A stretch of 38,573 nucleotides of DNA from Trichosphaerium sp. ATCC 40318 (Eukaryota; Protista; Tubulinea), in the NCBI GenBank assembly GCA_038496445.1, contig JALMLS010000606.1:1-38573 (forward strand), written 5' to 3'. Shown in pieces: positions 22,066-32,346 of this stretch. The notes under the pieces were generated by a model. The model worked only from the letters and a program-made list of their open reading frames with translations, had not been told where the DNA came from and searched no databases. Each line of letters starts with the position of its first letter. Positions within the stretch are counted from its first letter, which is position 1. The position numbers and the translations under genes are program-made.

Positions 22066-24271
22066 TTATTGTGCATTTAGCAAGATTACAATCAAAACAA
22101 ATAGAAACAAAAAAGTATTGACTGTTGTAACCACTCCTTGACTTGGCTCTAATGTCGGTGTTTCTTCTGTAGGAGATGTAGTTGGCTCTTGGGTAGGTTC
22201 CACAGGTTGGGTAGGTTCCACAGGTTGGGTAGGTTCCACAGGTTGGGTAGGTTCCACAGGTTGGGCAGCAGTTGACGGTGTCTGAGTTGGAGGGTTGAAA
22301 TCAAAAGCAAGTAAGGCATTGGTGTCTCTTCCGTCTGCATATTTAGAAACGGAAAAGGTATTTGTATCTATAGCTATGTAGATTGCTGAGCCTGCACATG
22401 AAGCCACCAACGTAGTACTGTTAACTGAGGTAAGGCCTTTAAAACAACACGATTAGACAAATAGAAAAGGTTACATTATTTACCTGTTATCGTACAGCCA
22501 AATATGCCTATTGATGATGTCTGACAATTTCCTTGAATAAAACCAGATGCGTACCACAAATCATTGTCACCTCCAAAGTACATACCACCGTTAATAATCT
22601 CTCCTATGCACGTGTTACAAAGCAATAAAACCTAATATTTTGATACCTGCTTGCGCGTCTCTTACAGTATCACTACAATGTGGCTTAAGTATACATTGCT
22701 CCATATCTATCTCGTGAATAAAACCATTTTCAGATATTCCAAATAGTCTACCACTATCCTTATCTATGGCCAACCCGCCTATAAACACGTTCGTATTACA
22801 ACTCTTAGTCTAAACAAAACGAGATGAGCATTAGTGTAACTCTGTTTTCAGCAAGGTTCGTACTACAGCACAGGTGTATGGATTTACTAAATGCATTTCA
22901 TATCCTTCAAGATATATAATCTCATCTAGTATAGCACTATACTCCAATCCATGAGGGGAAAACTGAGTTATTGGAAGGGGACAAGCTATTGTAAGGATGA
23001 GTTGATGGCCAACAAAAAAAAAGGTTGATGAACGCACACTTAACTACATCATTGGTCTCAATCTCTTGTATCTGAAATCCTCTTGATGCTCTTGAGGCAA
23101 GAACATTAGGTTTACCCGCTTGAGGAGCTTTTGTAGGCGGTGGTGTAGGCGGTATTGTTGTTGGTTCGGTACTAGTATTCATAGGTGTTGTTGGTATACT
23201 ACTATCAAACTCCATAAAAGCAACACTGAATGAGTCATGCAATTTCGGCATGATTTCTTCCACTTTATTGGTAGTCAAATTTGCTAAGTGGTAGCCAAAT
23301 ACACCACTTACTATAATTGCCTCGTCTCGAATAGCGGTACTATCTTTGAAGTAAGTTAGTCATTCTGGTTGTATTTTGAAAACATGTGCCGTTGTCGTGA
23401 CATTACCTTCCCCTCGTGAAACTACATCAATGTCATAGATATTTTTTGAGCATCTTGGTTTAGCTTCAATATAGAGATCACCATTAATGAGTATGGCGGT
23501 TTGTACACTATTTATAGCCACTGTGATAAACAAAACGATTAATATTGGAAAAAAAAGAGAAAAAAAAACCAAAAGAACATCGCATCTTTGTTGCTGAAGA
23601 AAAAACTTACTGCCGAATTTAAAATCCTTGATCCCAAGTGCGCTATAATCACAAACAGACTTAAAAGAGCATCCATTTTTATAATCAATCTCAGCTACAT
23701 AGCCTCTTCTTATCAAACCATAGAGTGTTTCTGATTCTTTGTCAACTTCAATCGTAAAAAATGAATCGCTCAAATCGCAAGAGTCCTGAAAAACTGTAAA
23801 TAGAAAGAAAAGAAGATTCGATGTGGAGACATTTTCAAGCTGTGAATGACCATTAAACATTCGCCGTTTGTGACTTGCTTTAGTGCACTAGCACTAACAA
23901 AAAGAAAAAGCAGACAGTCATGCTATAGCACAAAGGGTACCTTTACTTCACACGTGTATGGATTCACTAGATACAGTTTATCTTCCGTCTTCACAAACAG
24001 AGTGTTTGTTGAAGGCAAGTACGACATAGAGAAAGGGGTATCATTCGGCGGCACGTTTTCACAAGCTAAGGGACGAATATTAGGAACAACGTCAAACTAT
24101 TTTGATCATACTTCTCAAGAGCGTTGAGTCTACTGCATTATCCAAAGACAATGTCCAAACATCGAAACCTGGAACATCATTGGCTCTGTTTATAATGAGA
24201 GCATCTTGAATTTGAGTATTGACAAAGCAGAACAAACAAACAAAAAGGCAGAATGCAAACGTCGTATTCAT
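22066..24271 (-). CDS. Secreted, probably GPI-anchored surface protein with two related beta-propeller-like domains and Pro/Thr stalks
   Basis: Signal peptide MNTTFAFCLFVCLFCFVNT; duplicated motifs LVNPYTC and (V/I)DKxSxxLxG…G(Y/F)xxEID; PTTIPPTPPPT linker; PTQPVE repeats; hydrophobic C-terminus with no cytoplasmic tail. Confidence 0.7.
22191..22263 (-). repeat. Perfect 18-bp coding minisatellite x4 (QPVEPT)
   Basis: GGTAGGTTCCACAGGTTG tandem copies on the + strand. Confidence 0.95.
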
Positions 24272-25281
24272 GGTAGTTATTTTGGTTAATGGAGGTTTGT
24301 GGTACAACTTAAGCGCTGTTTCTAGGGTAAAACCCGATACACAAAAGATAAGATCACGTGATGACGTAATCTTGTACTTTTTATGTGCCGTTAAGCTTAC
24401 GACGAAGTTAGCTAGGGTCTTAGACTCAACGAGTTCGTTTGATCGGAATACCAAGTGTTAGCAATTCCAAAACGTTTTTCCATATACCCCACCATATTAA
24501 CACCCAACTGATTTTTATCGGCGCACACAAGATATACCCAAACCCAGTTTTAGTGTTTCCAAGTGTCTTGTACGACAGCACATATGACTTGCCCATGCGC
24601 AAACAAAGCAATAAAGGCACATACTAACCTACTGTGATTTTTGGACTACCCATGTGCGAAAATATACAACTCCACATCTGTTTACCACATCTGTTTTTCG
24701 GACAGTTTTAAATATAAAGCAAAAATACAACACAACGTTTTCTCCTCTTTTAAATAAAATTAATCAATTAAAAATCATTGGTTCCTGTATCTTCATAGCA
24801 TTGTTAGCATATGTCGTTTCCGTTTCTGTACCAGAGTGATTGTTAATACAGTTACAACGCCACAGCCAAATTTTCTGCGAGTTTTCTTTGCTGTTTGTGG
24901 GCTCTACTGATTAAAAAAAACCTTCAGCACTTTGAGGTGTTTTTTACTCACCTCAGAAGCATTTTACATTTCAAGTAAGGATTGCACAATGCAGATACGA
25001 TGTATACTTGTCTAGTATCAAAATATTGTATATAGATTTGGTTCTGTAGTATTGGTAGATAAGTCTAAGCAACTTTTTTTTGGCTATTTTTTTGCAATTG
25101 TTGGATGTTTGGAACTGTCTCAAAAGCGATGCTAGCCCTGAGAAAAGTGGACGTTGGACATACACTCCTTTGCAAGGATAGCCAATCGAGCCATCAGTTC
25201 TAAGTATCAAAAAAATGAAAATCTTTGGTTTCCGACTTAAAAAAAGTGCTAAGTTCACAGATTAGCTTTTTGAGTGTCGTG

Positions 25282-26148
25282 ATGGAAACAAACCCCCAGA
25301 CCGGAATCCAGCTGGTGCTTGGTGCCATATCGTACCCTTTTTGGCGCGTACAGAGCATATTACAAACACAGGGAGAGTTTCTGGAATCAGGTCGCTTAAA
25401 AACCCCTTTTAAAGGTATCAAAGATTGCCTTGAGCGTATCCATGCCGCCGAAGGCGCGATTCAACTATGGCGAGGTTACTACGTTACATACTTATCTCTC
25501 TTGGCCAAACTCGCCGGATATCTGACAAGAAACATCATGGTAGCTATATCTAGGCCTATGTTGTCAGTTTTAAGCGAGGAGCTTGGCTCGTTTTATGATG
25601 TTGCTTCGCTTGTCGGCGATACCATAATACGCACAGTATTGTCTTTGCCAGCGTATACGCTCGATGTAGTGCAAGCAAGGATTTGTTTGGACGTACTCGA
25701 AAATAAGGACTCACCAAGGCGTTACAATGGCGTCAGGGATGTCTATAAACAAATTATCGATAAAGAAGGCTACGGCGGATTGTTCAGAGGCTTTTGGATG
25801 TATTCTGTTCGTGTCATTAGCGGACTAAGCATTTATTATGTTCTAGAAGAGCTACTTGAGCTTATATATCCTATTGGGATCACTGGAGACTCAAGAGCCT
25901 TTTTTCTACGCAACATCAACCTTGGTTTGCTTAATAATATGCTCTTATATCCCCTTTCCACGCTACATATGCGATTGATGGTTTCAGACGGAGAGAATAA
26001 CGCATGGAATCATATGAAGCATATCTTAAAAAAAGAAGGTAGTTCTGGCTTATACGGAGGAATATATGTCAACGTTATTTGTGGTTTATCTATGTTGGTA
26101 TTTGCAAATCTCTTTTCACCAAGCGTTCAACCTTCTGATTCATCCTAA
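25282..26148 (+). CDS. Divergent mitochondrial carrier family protein, ADP/ATP translocase-like (intronless)
   Basis: LQTQGEFLESGRLKTPFKGIKDC…EGAIQLWRG; YTLDVVQARI…RRYNGVRDVYKQIIDKEGYGGLFRGF; YPLSTLHMRLMV…KEGSSGLYGG. Confidence 0.85.
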   Translation: METNPQTGIQLVLGAISYPFWRVQSILQTQGEFLESGRLKTPFKGIKDCLERIHAAEGAIQLWRGYYVTYLSLLAKLAGYLTRNIMVAISRPMLSVLSEELGSFYDVASLVGDTIIRTVLSLPAYTLDVVQARICLDVLENKDSPRRYNGVRDVYKQIIDKEGYGGLFRGFWMYSVRVISGLSIYYVLEELLELIYPIGITGDSRAFFLRNINLGLLNNMLLYPLSTLHMRLMVSDGENNAWNHMKHILKKEGSSGLYGGIYVNVICGLSMLVFANLFSPSVQPSDSS

Positions 26149-26532
26149 CTCATCACTCTTTCAACAAAAAGAAGCTTGATCCTCTCTTAACATTTTAACT
26201 TTACAAGCATGTAATAAAATAACGTTGTAAACGCTCAAACGTTGCTGTAGTTTTCATTTCATTTTTTTTTTGACATTTGCTTGAAGATAACCTTTTAAAA
26301 AAAACACTTTCCGTTCGTTGACTGATTCCCACAAGAATTCGCTGGAGCCTCCCCTTTTTTTGCCTGACTTAGCGTCTACTTTTTTGTCTCAAGAACAGTG
26401 CACAATAAATATTTATAATTACCTGCTGGTTCAAGAAAGTACATGAAAAAATAAAAAAATTTCCGTAACGGAATTATCGATGAATGCGTATTGTATTTAT
26501 TGTTGTACCCTTTTGTTGTTGAGTATTTCCAT

Positions 26533-28208
26533 TTATACTGTAAAAACTTTTGTTTCTCCAAGTACTTCATTTCTTACAGAGTAAGGGAAAGACGCCTAAA
26601 GACAAAAGGTGTCAAAAAAAAATGTCAAAACGGAGTTTATTTCACGCACATATCCTCTGGTACGAGCTGCGCCATATTCGCCTGCTTTATTCACACAAAC
26701 AAGTGCAGCACCAGTAGTAGGGAATAAATCTTCAATTTGTCTCATAGCGATCTGACACGCTTCAGTTGGAGATTTTCCATTACCCATTTCCTAAACCGGA
26801 AAAAAAAGTAAGAAGTCCGACCTTCTGAATGAATATTTTTATCTGTCAACTACGTACCAATACAGCACGATATGATGGATTAAATCTAAGCATAATATCA
26901 CCTTGTTTCAAACAAGAGTTAGAGAAAGGAAGTGTGAAAAAAGATAGATACCTTCCCCTGTAGCTGCAGCTGCACCTATCTTGTTGTCAGCATAAGCTCC
27001 AGAACCTGGTATTGGTGCATCACCAACACGTCCCACAATCTTATAAGAACATTAAAAGTGAAGCAACGATGCTGTAAACTAACCTTGTATGTCAATCCAT
27101 TTGTGGAACTTCCAGCACAAACATCGCCATTGGCATCGACAGCAACCATGCCTATAGTATCATGGTTACTAGAAGGATCTACAGCCATAGACCTCTTTGA
27201 TTCCAATTTTGGAGGCAAATCAGGAATAGGAGGTGCTTCACAAGTAGGAGGGTAAGGAATGGAGTAATCACGCCCTAGTCACATGTTAAGCTTTGAAAAC
27301 ACAAACAAAAGTGAAGTGTACCATTGACCCAAAAGTTTGGTTGGTGTCCATTGTTGACCCATTGCTGGTATTGCTGACGAGAGCCTGTACTTTTGATTAG
27401 CTTCATGTCACCAAAGAGAACGTAATAACAACGTACGTTCTCCGTCTAAACTTTCTCTTTTAAATCCGTATTTTTGTGCGAATCTAGTTGCATCATAGCC
27501 AACAATAAAACTTACATCCGTTTCCTCCATGACTTTCCTTGCAACAGATATAGCTCGTTTAACTTCCTTAATACATCCCACTGCACCAACTAAGCGAATT
27601 TTAAGATAAGATTTTTAATACTTGGCTACTACTTACCGTCATGCTTGAACATTAGCATTGCATCAAGCGTAACTTCGTTTTCTTCGTTTGGCTTGGCTCC
27701 AAATCCGACTAAAAGATAAAACGCAATTTTAGTACGAAAAATTGTAACCTAACCAAACAATCACGTGCCTGACCAATTACACACTGACGGATCGTCCTCG
27801 CATACGTTACATCCCTTTTCTACTGCATCAAGGGCATTGTTCCCTGGTTGGTTTATAACGCTCCATCCTTCATCGGTAGCTTTAGTAAACGCCCTACAAG
27901 ACGGGAGTAATTAGTAAGCGTAAAAAGAGAACTTGACACAATTGTCAGTTGACTATTCACAAAGTCCTACAGGCGTTTTGAACGCAATAAAGGTAACTTT
28001 GTAATCACGTGATCGTTTCTTACCATGTGTTAACTACAACGGGAACAACAGCTTTTTGTTGTCCTCTTGAGAAGTACGAAACATAGCGACGTCCGTGGCT
28101 AGCATCTAACAATATTGCAGATAATAAGAAGCCAGTAGCAAATGTTGTAAATAATGCTACGACGATACACCAGCCAGACGGCTTATTAGATTTTTGTTGA
28201 GCTTTCAT
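26533..28208 (-). CDS. AGA: N(4)-(beta-N-acetylglucosaminyl)-L-asparaginase (aspartylglucosaminidase); upstream exons possible
   Basis: [45 protein letters not shown] (Thr nucleophile), [22 protein letters not shown]. Confidence 0.93.
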
Positions 28209-28762
28209 GAGTTCGTTCAAATGGTGGCGTGCTTTTGTCGTCAAAATCCTACAAAAGTTAAGTCACGTTACAAAAAAAGTTTGCAGAATGTCATCAACTC
28301 TTCTTAATGACTTGGTTCTTGCTTGATTATCTAGTAGCGAATGAGACTGTTAAGAATAGCATTCTGCATCCGCCATGGAAAGACATGGATTGAATTACAG
28401 TTGATACTTGCTTTCCGCTCCATAGCCGTCGTTTCCAGTAGTGGAACCGGCATCGACAGATCCTCGTCCAAGATCTGCGTGTTTGTATACGTACAAACTA
28501 CTCGAAGAATAATTGTCCGGTTGCACTTTTACGAGATTTACCGTGGCTTTAAGAATGTTCAGCCATTGAAATAGTAATCCCACTACATTTGGTGATACTG
28601 TAAAAGCACCTACCAGCTTATAAAATCGTGCTTTTCAGTGCATCATCGGGGAAACCTCGCTTTCTTGCGAAAATTGACCTTTTTTTGCTAAGATACTTTA
28701 CAATAACTACCTCGACAGCTTAGGCGAAGTATTACGCGTAGTAAAGCGTATTGCACGCAATA

Positions 28763-30493
28763 ATGGCCTTTATTAGATTTTACAAAGTTGTTCTTTTTAT
28801 TGTTTTACTTGGCGTTTCTCTATCCGTAGCAGACCAAGACAAGTGCGATGATTGTTTATTTCAAGCAACACAAAGTGCGTTTCTCCACACTTTTTGAAAG
28901 TTTTTAACTAAATCACCAAACAGCATGCTCTGTTGAATGTAAATGTAATGGAGAGTTCGCAGACGGAAAATGTATTTGTCACACGGGTTATGAAGGTAAA
29001 ACGTTATAAAGCCACCAAAAAACGTTATTCAATGTATAAAAGGTGTAAGATGCGAACGACAATGGACTGACACTGAATGGTTCAGTGTTGTACTACTTGC
29101 GTACCAAGTAAGTAACAAAACTCCTTATAGCGCCTGTACATCGCTAGGTATGATTAACATAACGTGAAATACAGATTATTGCGGGCTCTCTATTCCTTGG
29201 TATCGCTGTATGGTCGATTTCTCTGCTTGTAGCGTACAGCAATACAGAAAAAAGAGAAATCCTTCTTGGAACAAGACCTGGACGTTTATCCTTGTTTCAA
29301 TTGGTGGCGTTAATTTTTTTGTCTGTTGGTATGACAAGGAATGTACAATTTTTTTTTCTCACAGGTTTTTTTGTAGGTGTAATCATAGAAGAAGCTATTG
29401 ATCCTTCAGCGCTAAGAGTACGCTAGAAAAAATAAATTAAACTTACTGATCGTATTATCGAATAGCGTGTTTTTACCCCGGGCCCACAAACTTCAATCCT
29501 TACGTCTTTGGTAAGGCAACAAAAGTTGTTAAAAAATGTCTTTTAATTTTCCAAATTAGAACAACTCTTTGATTCTTATTATGTACGCCTGGACTCTCTT
29601 TCTCTGTGCTGGAATACTCGGTGAAAAAAATATCCCGTTCTTTAATAAAATGAGGCACGTGACCAAATACAATATTTGGTTTTATTCAAAATCAATCACG
29701 TGATATCGTGAAAAAAAGATTGACTCTTTTTGTTTAGATACGGTGTCATAGGCTCTTGTGTGGTTGTATTTTTGGTGTTTGTAGCGCCCACGATCATCAT
29801 TCTTGTGAGCCAGGAACAAAGAGATCTCTTTTCTGTTATTTTATTATTCAGTACAGAGGTCCTCACTCTAGCTTCTGGAATTGCTATACTTGCATTTGCC
29901 TTTGCTTTACATAGACGCAGAGATGTCAACAGAAAAGGTTTTCGCTTTTACAACTCAGTACGCACTTGCTCCTTTTCTTCATCTTCGAGAAAAAATCGAT
30001 CGAGATTTCTTTTTCTTTTCAGCATTTTGTTTGCAAACAGTAAGTGCTTTAGATGTTTATCAAACTAATTGAGAAAACCCTTGGGCACAGCACTCTTTGT
30101 TATATGATTTTTTGAGCGAACTTTCCCGTTTACGTTGAATAGGTTGAAGTGTTTTGTTTTACTGCTGGAACGCTATTTACACTATCTTTTTTCGCGTTCA
30201 TATTAGAAGCTATTATGTTTCTTGTATTACCTCGATTACAAGGAACAAAAGAACTATGGTTTGTCGATACTACCATAAACACAGTGTTTATTCTATTCCC
30301 TCTTCTATACATTGTTCTAAGATCCTTTCATGCAGATAAATCAGTTTATATTAAAAATGTATTACTATGTATGCATAATGAGAATAATGGTACTACTCAT
30401 AACCTTGGAGATTTAACAAGGTCAAATACACATTATACAAACTCCAGAAGATTCAATGACTTTCTTGAAAGAAGCGAGATGCAAGGAGCATAG
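28763..30493 (+). CDS. Signal peptide plus EGF-like domain plus about 7 TM helices (possibly TOM1/THH1/GPR137-like)
   Basis: CKCNGEFADGKCICHTGYEG|VRCE, about seven hydrophobic helices, AIDP loop motif, one GC-AG intron. Confidence 0.7.
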
Positions 30494-31041
30494 ACAACAA
30501 AAAGTTCATACACGCTCAAAGAGGAAGAGAATCTTTACAAAAAAAAATCAAGAGATTAAGCGAGACGCAGTAATAACTATGTACAAAAGAATAACCAATC
30601 CTCATTTCTACAGTCACAAACAAAATGGTAGTACTCAGAAGGAGATTCACAACAGGACGCCAATGTACTTTGTACACACAATGTAAATAAAATGTCCATT
30701 TTTAAGTGTACAGTAAGTTAGGTTGTATTGACCAAACAGCACCCAAAGCAGCTAGTCTATTGACCAATAGTTCTCGCAAATGATAAGCATAAAAACGGAC
30801 AGGTGTAATTCCTTACAAGTCCAACCTACTTTCAGCTGTTGTATGGCGCACGTATTGAAGCTTTTAATATAAGTTAGTGAAAAGGATGTTAAGCGTTTCC
30901 ACTAAACAAAAAGCTGATTAATTATCTTCATTTATTCTTCACATCAAAGTTGTTAAGTTTGTTATGTACATCAGGTAATGCCATAGCGTTGCTTTTCAAG
31001 CTTGCGTTCATTCAAACATATAAAATGAACCTTCATCGAAT

Positions 31042-32145
31042 TTATTTAAAAGTATAGATAACAGTATCTACAACATCCATCAATGTGTCCACATACTCAT
31101 TAGTAACATTTGTCCCATCTAAAACAATTTTGTGTACACCAGACAATGATTTAATACCTTCATCTGTAATTGATTGACAATGCAGTAAACTTATAGTGTG
31201 TACACCTGACAATGATTTCAAACCTTCATCAGTAACTTGTATCTTCCAAAATTATAGTGTGGACACCAGACAGTGCCTTTATACCCTCGTCTGTAACTTC
31301 AGTATACGTTAGATCTATTTCATGTACACCAGACAATGCTTTGATACCTGAATCTGTTATCGCGCAAGCATTTAACTTTATAGTGTGTACACCAGATAAT
31401 GCTTTTATTCCCTCATCTGTTATTGCTGTTACTACCCGTAAATGTATTGTATGTACACCAGCCAAAGCCTTGATGCCTTCATCTGTTATCGATTTACAAA
31501 AATCTAAGTTTATATTGTGTACTCCTAACGCTAATGCCTTCATCAGTGACGTTTGAATCTGTTAAATCTATTGTATGTACACCAGCTAAAGCCTTAATAC
31601 CCTCGTTTGTTATCAATTTACTAGCATACAAGTTGATAGTATGTACGCCTGCCAATGCTTTGATGCCATCATCTGTGATTGTACAACCATGCAAGTTAAT
31701 GCTGTGTACGCCTCTCAACATCTTTACACCTTCATCTGTTATTGAATAACAATACTTCAGCTTGATAGTGTGCACACCAGATAATGCTTTGATACCCTCA
31801 TCTGTTACTAGCTTACATAACTTCAAGTTGATAGTGTGTACGCCTTTAAGAAGGCTCAAATGACTGTCCGTAAGGGTGCTTCCCAGTAGTGTCAAAGAAA
31901 TTGCTGTGTTCTTAAGCAAAGCGCTACCAGAAAGCTGTTTTAGTTCATCTTCGCTTAATACTGCAATTTTATCATATCCAACATGGTTATGGACGATTTC
32001 TCGCATGAGGTGGCATGTTTGGGCTGAGCGAAGCGTGAAAGTCCCAGACTTGAGAATATGAACTATCACTTCAACTTGGTAGCGCAAGGAGGCATAATTG
32101 CTGAGTAGTTTCGATTGTGGGTTTTCTTTTGGGTAGCTGTTCCAT
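31042..32145 (-). pseudogene. F-box/LRR paralogue of 2180-3322 with three frameshifts
   Basis: Same repeat (LxGVHTIxL…TDEGIKA). Frame breaks near 32078, 31532 and 31238 split it into consecutive ORFs. Confidence 0.8.
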
Positions 32146-32346
32146 CTTGTAAAATAGGGCGTTGAGTGGTTTATTGTGGGAACGCTATGTGTTCATAACA
32201 ACGAGCAGAGGCGAGAAATATAACGACTATTTTTGCGAAAAAAAAAAGAGTCTTGGAAGGCGACAAGCCGCCGCACAAGATTAGAAGCATAACATACCTA
32301 AATGATATTATTGCCTAGAAAAGGGTAGGAGCGATTATAAGCAAGT

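Noticed and set aside
24426-25258. Short ORFs between the surface-protein and carrier genes
   Set aside because: No protein-like motifs or splice support; likely divergent promoter DNA.
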